A DNA stretch of 64,000 nt. It comes from Felis catus (Eukaryota). Below the pieces are notes generated by a model that worked only from the letters and a program-made list of their open reading frames with translations, was not told the DNA's origin and did not search any database. The stretch lies in the NCBI RefSeq assembly GCF_018350175.1, contig NC_058368.1, forward strand, positions 170,502,001 through 170,566,000. The letters run 5' to 3'. Below are positions 9,601-19,650 of the stretch, piece by piece (position 1 is the first letter of the stretch; every line of letters starts with the position of its first letter). The position numbers and the translations under genes are program-made.

Positions 9601-9886
9601 ATTTTTTTCAATGTTTATTTTTGAGAGAGAGAGAGGGTGCTAGTGGAGGAGGGATGCGGGGGGGACAGAAGATCTGAAGTGGGCTCTGAGCTGACAGCAG
9701 TATGCCAGATGTGGGGCTCCAAGGATGAGGGGACATGATGAACTGAAGAGATGAAGATCTTTGAAGTTTTCATCACAAGAAAAAAAAATCTGTAACTATG
9801 TATGTTGACACACACTAACCAGACTTATTGTGATCATAACTTGAGTCTAAGTCAGATGCTCAACCAACTGAGCTGCCCAGGCGACC
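9601..9886 (-). mobile_element. Older CanSINE carrying an internal non-SINE insertion (about 9720-9830)
   Basis: SINE halves are colinear on either side of the insert; degenerate TSD ctcatatgttgtcattttt / ctcgtatgtagtcagtttt. Confidence 0.85.
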
Positions 9887-11389
9887 CTCGTATGTAGTCA
9901 GTTTTATAAATGTTCCATGGTCAGTGGACGGAAAGCTGCAAATTCTGGTTTAAGCATATATCAACTAGGGCTCCCGTGTTAATTATGCTATTTACATCAT
10001 CTATAACCTCATCTTGTGACATGTAGACAAAAGCATGCAGCAACAATTGTAATTGGCAGTTATCGTACGATCATCTCTGAGCTGAAGCTGTGAATGGCAA
10101 ATAAGATGGAAATGGCCTGAGGTTTTAAGTGCACAACCGAATGGATGGATCAACCAAAAGTGAAGTCAGCCCCACTTCTTTATTTTTCTTTGTGTGAGCT
10201 ACTTGAGTAAAGGTTTTGTTTTGGCTTTGATTTTGGTTTTGGTTTTGAGTCTTCGTTTTGAGTCTACTGGTTTTGAGTCTACTTATTGCTGAAAGCAGCA
10301 ATTTTTCTGAGGGCCAAAAAGAGATAAGATTTGATTTAAGGAGTAATTTGAAGTGGGGCAGGGGGTAGGGGGTGTTGAGCAAGATGAAGTCAGGCCTTAA
10401 TAACATGGGGAACAAAGCCTAAGTTGTGACCTTAGTTGGGGGCGGGAACCAGGTCCAGTGTACAAGAGTGCCACTCTTTAACATATTTCATATTCCTTCC
10501 TCTAACCAAGTCTCTTCTTGCCTTAAAGATTATAGCTAAGATGCTACTTTTCTAGAATGTGCTTTTATGACCCTGTTCCCTCCCTTTCTACTCTCCCTTG
10601 CACTATTTATGCTTCTTATGGGGAGGGAGATGGTAAGAGATTTCAAATTGTGTTGAGGATGAATTTAGACTGTGTTTGGAGGAGATATCTTGGATATGAA
10701 AATTTGTGGAATCATTTAGGGTAAATAGATCACATGGATGTGGAAGCTGAGGAAGACCTAGTGAAATCTTATGAGTATTGCTTATACTTTATCCTGGTAT
10801 AATAACTAACACATGGTGGATTCTCAGTAAAATACTGAGTAAATTAAATGAATTAAACTGAAATCAAAAGTTAAATACCTGTTTCCCAAGAATAAACTGT
10901 TCCTTAAAGGCCAGCATGAGTCAGAAATGGAAATGTCAGCAGCAACTATCTTTTGGTGTCTACCACCTGCTTTCTGCCCCCCCCCCCACCCCATTACTTC
11001 TGTAGGTATCTAAAAGGCAAAAATATTATCATATTCCAAAATTAATCAATGTTGTTGCAGTCTGCCACTAATCTCCACAGGCTTCTTTCTTAACAACTCT
11101 CCTCTGCCTATTCCTTCCCTCCCCACAAATGCAAAATAAAGCATTCAAACATCAAACATTCACTAAGCCTCTATTTTGTGTCATCTCTGGGCACATGGCT
11201 GAGAACATAGATAATATGAAAATCTTAAAATCATACCAAAGGATATTTATCATTTGTGAACCTTGTGTCCCTCACCTTCTCAAGAACAGCTTTAATACTT
11301 CTATACAGAAAAACATACTACATTGCTTTAAAAAAAATGAGTTTTATATGCTACCTTTCACACACTTCTTCAGAAATTCCTACAGGCCT

Positions 11390-11745
11390 TCACCAGGTTA
11401 CAATGAGATAATAAACAATCATCAAATCCCACTGGCTTGCGACAACAACAGTCAGTTGTCACTCATGTTGCAGATAAGCTCCAGGTTTTACCCACACATC
11501 TTCTCATTCTAGGATTTAGGCTGAAAAAGCAACCCCCATGTGGGACATGCTTTCTTCTTGTGACAGAGGAAAAGAGCAGAAACACGCAATCACTCTTCAA
11601 GCTTCTGGGACATGGTGTACATCACATATGCTTATGTGCGATGAACAAAACAAGTCAAATGCTCCCTATCCTGCTACAAAGGATTTGCTATAAGGCCCAG
11701 GCAAAGGTCAGGGATAAATCTTATAGGGAGGGTGTATAAATATAG
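11390..11745. mobile_element. MLT1-type (ERVL-MaLR) solo LTR, degraded
   Basis: ataaacaatcatcaaatcccactggcttgcgacaacaaca...ctcatgttgca... resembles MLT1 LTRs. Confidence 0.5.
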
Positions 11746-14429
11746 GGAATCCTCAAATACTATATACTACTCATACTCTGGGAGGGGATATGACTGATCT
11801 AGGAAAGAAAAAAACATTTCATATTTTTAGCATTTTATACGTAGATTTTTTTCATGAAGCAAATGTTTATTGAGTAACTCTTATGTTCTAGGCACTGTTC
11901 TGGGTGCTCGTTGTGCATCAATGAATAAAACAAAGAAAAAAACTAACCTCTACTTTCATTGAACTTATCCATTATTAAAATAAAATAAATCTATTAGATA
12001 AGTTCATAGTATAGTAAGCAGCTCTTCTCTCTTTTTGAATTTGAATAAATATTTACAGACAGCATCTTGATCACTGTCAAAGCACATCTCAAACATGGCT
12101 AGGAATGTGCACTGCTATTGTGATATCCAGAGTAAAAACGAAAGTTCAAGTAAGTACAACATGTCAAGAACTGGTAACAACCTACCATTCTGTTAGCATC
12201 TGCTCTTTAATTATCCCAAGTGTTCAAGACTATTTGTGCCAAGTACTATAAATCAAGATTTCCTTGTTCAGGAATGTACAAGTCAGATGTTCAAGTTAGC
12301 GGGCCAGTTATTCTCAACAATTCAAACCAGGAGCACTAATTAAAGAGGAAACCCTGGACTAGAGAAGTTAAGTGATGTGGGTCAAATTGTAGAAAAAGGC
12401 AACACCTAGTTCAGTACTCTGTTACACTACACTGCCTTTCTCCTTTGACTCAGATGTCCGTCTTCTTATAGCCACATCTGTGTTTCTGAAGATCTGTATA
12501 GCTCGGGACAAGGCAAAGTCAGTCTGTAGAGTTATCCCTAGCTTCCCTTGTAAACAATCACTATCATATCAACACCACTGGCACACACTCGGGCCACAAT
12601 GCTATGCTAGTGTAACATATATCTCCGTTAAGCACGTCTACATTCAACTGATTATTAGTGCCAGTGAGTGAAACCTAACATTGCAAGTGAAATTTGGAGT
12701 TATGAATAATTTTGCTTTGTAGGTAATGATGTTTGTTGGTACTGTGAGTCAGAATTCAACACTACCTTGGCAAAATAAAATAGTATACTGTTCCCAACTG
12801 GTTGATATGAAAAAGAATGTCTATTGCAAAAGCATTTTTCAGTTTTCCATAAGTAGTTTAATATAACATTTTTTATTAGAAAGAAAAGAGAAATCATATT
12901 CAACTTTTTCTCTGTTTCAGCAAGTTAAACTGAACTCTATAGATCATCTCTGTGCTGTTAATGCTAACTTATGTAACATCAGAGTCTAGCCTTAAAATGC
13001 AATAATACAGATTGCTTTTTATATTATCAAAAGGAAGCTTAGATGAAGATAAAGAAGCGTTCTCACCCCTACACCCACAGAAGAGGAGAGATCACTCTTT
13101 GTCATTTACTATTTCAAAGAATCTGATTTGATTAAACATCATATCATAAATTTTCACAAGAATAATCTGGTTTTCCTGTGAAATATATGGGCTTATGTAA
13201 ATAATCACAAATTTTATCAATTCTTTTTTCCTCTGTTACTAAAAATCTGGTTTGGGAAGTGGTTTTGGGTTGGAAAGCTCTTGTAAGACTGAAAATTTTA
13301 GAAATTATTGTCAATTCTATAACCTATAATTCTGATTGGTGCCATTTTCAAAAAAGTCAGGGAGGGGGTACAGAGAGGGTAGATACAAGGAAGGAAAATT
13401 TAAAAATGTGCATTACAGTTTTTCTTAGAAGAAGATATTGACAGTTTAGTGGTATTTTAATTAATATTGCTATGAAAGTATTATAGTTTGTCATTTTAGT
13501 TCAAAACTATAAGAGTTTTAATTTCCTGAGAGAGATAATATGAAAAGATAGAACAAAAAACTCTCCTAAGATCTCATTCCATAAAAAAAAAGAGCCCTAT
13601 TTCCATTTTTACCTATTATGAATGACATCTCTAAGTCGGATATTTTTTAGGTCTCCAGTTGGTGATATCACATAATACAAAAGGAAAAAATCTTATTTAT
13701 GCTTGAAGGCTGTTGCTGTGGCTGGTGGTGGAGTCCACCTCCCTCTAAAGATGTTGAAAACGCTGAAAAGTTGTTTTCCCTCTCTCTGTCACCACTAAAA
13801 CATGAACATACAATGCAGCCTTGGTCAATAGGACCTGAGGTAAGTCTGCTGCAGGAATTCTGGAAAAGATTTTCTTTTCTTACTCTTCATAACTTGACAT
13901 TTTGTTTCTACATATTATTTTTAGAATAGCTGCATTCAACTGTTAAAACAAAACAAAACAAAAACCTAGACAGACTTTTCCCAGAAGCCTCTCTCTAAAA
14001 TCTCATTGGCCAGAATTAGGTCTCAAGTCTTTCCCTAAGCCAATTTCTGGCAAGAAAAATATTAATTTCCACAATTAGCTTAGATTAGTTAATGTTCACT
14101 CACTGGAGCTGGGGAGGGGGTTAGCCTCTATTGAACCATTACACCACCTGCTATGGGAACATAATGGAGATTCTGTTAATTAAGAATGAAAAGAAAGTAT
14201 TTATCTGTCACAGAAAACAAGCACTAAGTGAAGTGACACTGAAGAGTTCAGAGAAAGGAGAACTTGTGGGATAAAAAACTCAGAAAAGACTTTTGCAGAG
14301 GCAGTAGAACTTGAACTGGGTTTGGAATAAAAGGGAACTGTTATCCAGAAGGAAGGTATGGGGTTGCTGTGCAGAGAAAAGAGCTTAAGCAATGGAATAA
14401 CTGTTGTTACAAGACATTTAATGTGTTCA

Positions 14430-15083
14430 AGTTACTGTTGCTGTGTTATAAGCCACTCCAAAACAAATACTGTATTATGTTATTGATTCTGTGGTTCAGA
14501 AATTTGGAAAGAGTACAGCAGAGATGGAATGTCAGTTGAGAGAACTGAAATCTGGGAGTGACTCAACACCTATGGGCTGAAATATTCCAGAGGCATCTGA
14601 CTCTAGGCAAATAGGCAGTTGACTTCCTACAGTTGACTTCCTGTAGTCTCATGACTGGTGGTTAATGCTGGCTGTGAGCTTAGACTACAGATGGGTTATG
14701 GGTTGTAATACTTATACACGGCCTCTCCACATGGCTGTCTCTCCATATGAACTAGTTTGGGCTTTCTCTGCATGGAGGCTAACTACAAAAGTGGGTATTG
14801 CAAGACAGCAAGGTGGGAATGCACAGGATTTTGTCTTGAAAGTCACATGCTCACCATACTTTATTATTTGAAGAAGTCAAAAAGACCCACCCAGGCTCAA
14901 GGGGAAGAAAAAAATCCCAAGACTGGATAGTAATGATGTCAAGATCACATTGTATTAAGAGCATGAGGAAGGGGTGCATGGGTGGCTCAGTCAGTTAAGC
15001 AGCCGGCTTTGGCTCAGGCCATGATCTCATCGTTTGTGGGTTTGGGCCTTGCATCAGGCTCTGCACTGCAGAGTCTGCTTGGG

Positions 15084-15135
<52 letters not shown>

Positions 15136-15270
15136 CCTCCCTCCCTCCCTCCCTCTCTCTGCCCCTCCCCACTTGTGATCTCTCTCTCAAAATAAATAAA
15201 CTTTTTTAAAAAAAGAGCATAAGGAATAGGCAATATTGTTGTGATCATTTTTGGAAACTCAATCTGCTAC
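14430..15270. mobile_element. MLT1-type LTR interrupted by a CanSINE
   Basis: ttgctgtgttataagccactccaaaac...gattctgtggttcagaaatttgg...ggcctctccacatggct...gaaagtcacatgc...aatctgctaca. Confidence 0.6.
14971..15212 (+). mobile_element. CanSINE with long (CT)n
   Basis: ggggtgcatgggtggctcagtc head; TSD aagagcatgaggaa / aagagcataaggaa. Confidence 0.9.
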
Positions 15271-16156
15271 AGAATGAAACTTCTTCTAAAGTCTCAAAGC
15301 TGAGAACAGGAGGTTGTCTCCCTGTGTCTAAGGAAACCTTGCAAGTCATTCATTTAGGACTTGCTTAAGAGGTGACCAAACTGATCTGGTGACTGTAACC
15401 AGATCACAAACAAAGTAAGAGAATGCCAGATAGTAATTAGAGGATTCATTGAAGAGAATTTGTAGATGTAGAGAGAACTGTGGTTTTTCCACCAGTCCTC
15501 ACCAAGAAGAGGGGAACTGAGTTGTCCAACACCTGCAATTCTAAAGCTAAATGATGAGCCCCCCCCCCCCCCACCTTACAGAGGTTAGGAGTATGTACAA
15601 GCAAGTCAGATGGATGATTTACTCCCAGCCTACTGAGTGGCAGAATTTTGTAGGCTCAAACCAAGTCCACCTAAATGAAATGCAAGATGGTACTTGGAAG
15701 ATCCTCAAATGTGTCTTTGAAGATGAGTCATAGTCATTTTTATGAGAGTGCCTAAAAACAAGGTTTACCTCTCCCTGGGAGAACTCTTAAGGGGAGGAGA
15801 CTGGTCAGAATAGACTCTGCAATGACTAGGATCTTGAGAGAGATCAAGAGTTGGTCAAGATGTATGACAGAGAGGGCATTTGTCAAGAGACTAGTACAAA
15901 GCGTACCTTTGAAATACAATGTTTTCTTACATTTTCCTTTTCCTGACCCAAAAGGAGCAGAGTCAAGGTGGCAGGGGCAAGAGTAAAAGAAGAGGTTAGT
16001 AGGAGCAGGTCCAGTGCCTGTCTTTTCTAAAGCATGGTTCTCTAGTTTTTCCTTTAGTTCTATATGCATTCTCAGCTCCTATCCCCACCCCATTGACTAG
16101 GCAGAATCATTTTGTTTTAAAGTTTGCTGCTTTCTCTGTGCTTCTGACCCAAATAT

Positions 16157-16370
16157 ATATTTTTTTATCTTTATTTATTTTTGAGAGAGAGAGAGAAACA
16201 GACAGAGTGTGAGCAGGGGAGGGGCAGAGAGAGAGGGAGACACAGAATCTGAAGCAGGCTCCAGGCTCTAAGCTGTCAACAGAGCCTGATGCGGGGCTCG
16301 AACTCATGGACCGTGAGATCATGACCTGAGCCGAAGTTGGATGCTTAACCAACAAAGCCACCCAGGCCCC
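16157..16370 (-). mobile_element. CanSINE
   Basis: TSD TCTGACCCAAATAT (16143-16156 / 16371-16384). Confidence 0.93.
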
Positions 16371-16514
16371 TCTGACCCAAATATTTCTAACTAATACAGA
16401 TACAAAGAGTATTAGGAGATTGAGGAGGCTATATAAGGGCAAAACAAGAGAGTTTTCTTAGGAAAATCAGTTTCTTATTTTTGAAATATTTGGATATACC
16501 TCTCCTATATCATG

Positions 16515-16890
16515 ACATTTCAGTCAAGATATCAGCACAGCTGCTGTCATCTGAAGGCTGCAGGCTTGGCTGGGACTGAAGAATCTGGTTTCAAGGTGCT
16601 TCTACTCTCACATACAGTGAAGTAGTTTTGGTGGTTAGCAAGAGGCTCTCAATTCCTTGCCATGTGAAATGCTCTATGGGACTGCTTGAGTATCCTCCCA
16701 ACATGGCAGTTGACTTCCTACAGAGCAAGTGACCCAAAAAGGAGCAAGTCAAAATCTTCAACATCTTTTATGACCTAGCCTGGCTACTCAAGTCAACACT
16801 ATTTAGCGCGAGAGGGAACTTTACAAGGGCATGAATACCAGGAGGTAAAAATCATTGAGGGCCATCTTGGAGGTTGGTGATCTCATCACA
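16515..16890. mobile_element. MLT1-type LTR fragment
   Basis: cagtcaagat...gctgtcatctgaaggc...gactgcttgagtatcctcccaacatggcag...tacaagggcatgaataccaggagg...gccatcttggagg. Confidence 0.6.
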
Positions 16891-16974
16891 TGAAGTCACT
16901 GACTTCATGGACTTTTTATTACAAAAACTACACAGAAACAGTCATATTTAAATTTTTTAAAAAAGTTAGAAATG

Positions 16975-17199
16975 GGGGCGCCTGGGTGGCGCAGTCGGTT
17001 AAGCGTCCGACTTCAGCCAGGTCACGATCTCACGGCCCGTGAGTTCAAGCCCCGCATCAGGCTCTGGGCTGATGGCTCGGAGCCTGGAGCCTGCTTCCAA
17101 TTCTGTGTCTCCCTCTCTCTCTGCCCCTCCCCCATTCATGCTCTGTCTCTCTCTGTCCCAAAAACAAATAAAAATAAAAAATAAAAAAAAACGTTAAAA
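16975..17199 (+). mobile_element. Young felid CanSINE
   Basis: ggggcgcctgggtggcgcagtcggttaagcgtccgacttcagccagg head; TSD AAAAAAGTTAGAAATG on both sides. Confidence 0.95.
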
Positions 17200-18274
17200 A
17201 AAAAAGTTAGAAATGACAAGATGACACAGCTGTATGTTTAATTTACCTGAATCTTGTGAAGCCCCAGTGTGTTGAATCAAATTGAAAACCATCATTTGTC
17301 AATGCTCTACTACATTTCCATTTTCTTTTATTCTTTGTGACTAGTATCCTTACGGGCATCTCTAAGCAAAAAGAGTAATAGCTAGTTCCTTTTCTCCCAC
17401 CACACATTCACACACTTTGCTGTCAGCTGAATAGGAAGCAACTCAGGGAGGCAACTTGTGGGGAGAAATAAACTTTGGCCAACGGTTAAACTGGAAAACT
17501 CACAATCAGCCACTAACATCCCCCTTAAAAAATCACAGCACAACAGCTGGTGTGTGTATCTACTGCTACTATACTACTAAATCTTCAATGATGGCTCTAA
17601 TTTTTTAAACTTTTGCCTCACTGTCCAGATGGAGGTTAAAGAACATAAATCTGATTGTCAGAGCTAAATTCAAATTGCTGACTACTATTAATTAAGTGAA
17701 TTAATTGGTAAATTAGGTAATCTCTGGGAATTTCAGGTTCCTTATCTAATGTGAATCCACACCCATTCTGTGACTGAAAGTTTGGTCTTGAAGTGTGACT
17801 GCTGGATGCATATTTTCCTATCATCCAGCTGCCCTTCAGTGACACCCCCCGCCCCCCAGCTTCTTCTCCTTTTCTAAACCTAGTGCTAGTCTGGATTTGG
17901 ATGCTAAAAAATCTCAGAACTTTGTACAAATCACTTAACCCCAATGAACCAGTTTGCTCATTTAGAAAACAGTAATATAATATTTGTCCTAAATTCACAG
18001 CTTTAATTTGAAGATTATATTAAATAATGGGTGTCAAGGGCTTGTGAACTGTAAAGCCTGAAGACGTTTTTCAATTTTCTTCCCAAACTGTCAATACATG
18101 CAGACATCTTAAGTTTTATTAGAAAGGCAACATCTGCATTGCACACAGTTTACAAAACTCTTAAAAATGCTTATCTAGTAGTTAAAATCATTTGTAAACA
18201 TTTCCATCAGTCAGAGATTTAAAATAACACATTAATATTACATTTTTTTACTGTAAACAAACTCAGTAAAAAAC

Positions 18275-18575
18275 AAAAAATCTTTGTATTATGGAAAATT
18301 TCAATTTTATACTCAAGCATAGGGATAGTATTGTGAACTCTCAAATACCCAATCCCCAGATTAAACAATTACCAGCTCTATTTCATCTAAATGCTTCACC
18401 TCATCCCCAGTTATTTTGAAAGCAACCCCCAGATATATCACTTCATCCGTAAATATGTCGGTATCTATCTACAAAAGGTAAGAATCTTTAAAAGCATAAT
18501 CACAATGCTAATCTCACATATAAAAATTAACAATAATTTCTTTTTTATTATTAAAAATTTTTTATGTTTATTTTT

Positions 18576-18627
<52 letters not shown>

Positions 18628-18845
18628 GTGGGGGAGGGACAGAGAGAGACAGAGAGAGACACACAGAATCTGAGGCAGGCTCCAGGCTCTGAGCTGTCGG
18701 CACAGAGCCTGACGCAGGGCTCGAACCCCCGACCCCGAGATCATGACCTCAGCCCAAGTCGGACGCTCAACCGACTGAGACACCCACGCGGCCCAACAAT
18801 AATTTCTTAATATCATCAAATATCCAGTGTTCAGATTTTCTCGAG
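18275..18845 (-). mobile_element. Old L1 3' end (L1MC-like) interrupted by a CanSINE
   Basis: attatggaaaatttcaa...ttattttgaaagcaacccccagatatatcacttcatccgtaaata...aacaataatttcttaatatcatcaaatatccagtgttcagattt. Confidence 0.6.
18543..18794 (-). mobile_element. CanSINE with long (GA)n next to the WDR36 promoter
   Basis: TSD AACAATAATTTCTT (18529-18542 / 18795-18808). Confidence 0.93.
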
Positions 18846-18899
18846 AGTCTCATGGTTTTATGCAATTTTATAACTGCACGTTTAACTTGACTCTGTCAA

Positions 18900-19650
18900 C
18901 ACTACACCTGGTCTCCCTTCACCGTCCGGGTCGTTCCGCTTCCCCTGCCGCTCGCCCTCCTCCAAGGTCCCTGTTGCAGTTTTCTTTCAACCCCACCAGA
19001 CGTGGGGAACATCTCTGGAACCCTGGAGACGACCGCCCGCGGAACCGAAGTCGCGCCTCCACTGCGAGCTCTGGTGGGAGTTCTTTTTCAATTGCACTAA
19101 GAGCCGTGTCTGCTAACCGATTGGCAGGGGAAACCGGAAGCGCTTGTGAGTTTGTAGAGCGGTTAAAGAACTGCCACGAGAAGAAGGGAAGGACCTGGTC
19201 CGCTGGTTTTCATCGGGACTGGAGCTCAGAGGAGCCTGGACCGCAGTATCGATGGAGGGTGGGACGGGAGGTCGAACCAGCAGCGCGCTTTTCGCGGGTT
19301 TCCGGGCTTTGGGGCTTTTTAGCAACGACATTCCACACGTGGTGCGGTTCAGTGCTCTGAAGCGCCGATTCTATGTGACGACCTGCGTGGGCAAGAGCTT
19401 CCACACCTATGACGTGAGTGACTTCTTCCTTCGCCAGCCTCCCGGGAGCCACCCTCTTAGCCCCCAGCTGAGAGCTGCCTCAGCTCTCTCCAGGGGCAGT
19501 CCTGCTCTGCTCCCCCACTGATCAAGGGCTTGCGTTTCTGCCGTCTCTTCCTTAACTCCTACCTGTCCAGTTTCATCACGACTTCACATCCACGTGCTGT
19601 TGTTGTAGCCCTTGCAATCCGCTTGGGGCGAGTTTCGGAGGCTGTCCAGC
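18900..19650 (+). promoter_or_regulatory. WDR36 CpG-island promoter and 5' UTR
   Basis: CpG-rich and TATA-less; inverted CCAAT (ATTGG 19120-19124) and ETS motif CCGGAAG (19134-19140), typical of housekeeping genes. Confidence 0.8.
19252..19413 (+). CDS. WDR36: WDR36 exon 1
   Basis: MEGG...KSFHTYD; GAC|GTGAGT. Confidence 0.95.

Noticed and set aside
12960..13205. Two TTATGTAA D-box motifs as an intergenic enhancer
   Set aside because: Several such AT-rich 8-mers are expected by chance, and conservation cannot be assessed here.
16975..17050. tRNA gene (A and B boxes)
   Set aside because: tRNA-derived head of a CanSINE; the same applies to all the other SINE heads.
18827..19360. 177-aa ORF over the WDR36 promoter
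   Set aside because: GTG start, out of frame with WDR36, begins in an L1 relic and shows no recognisable domain.
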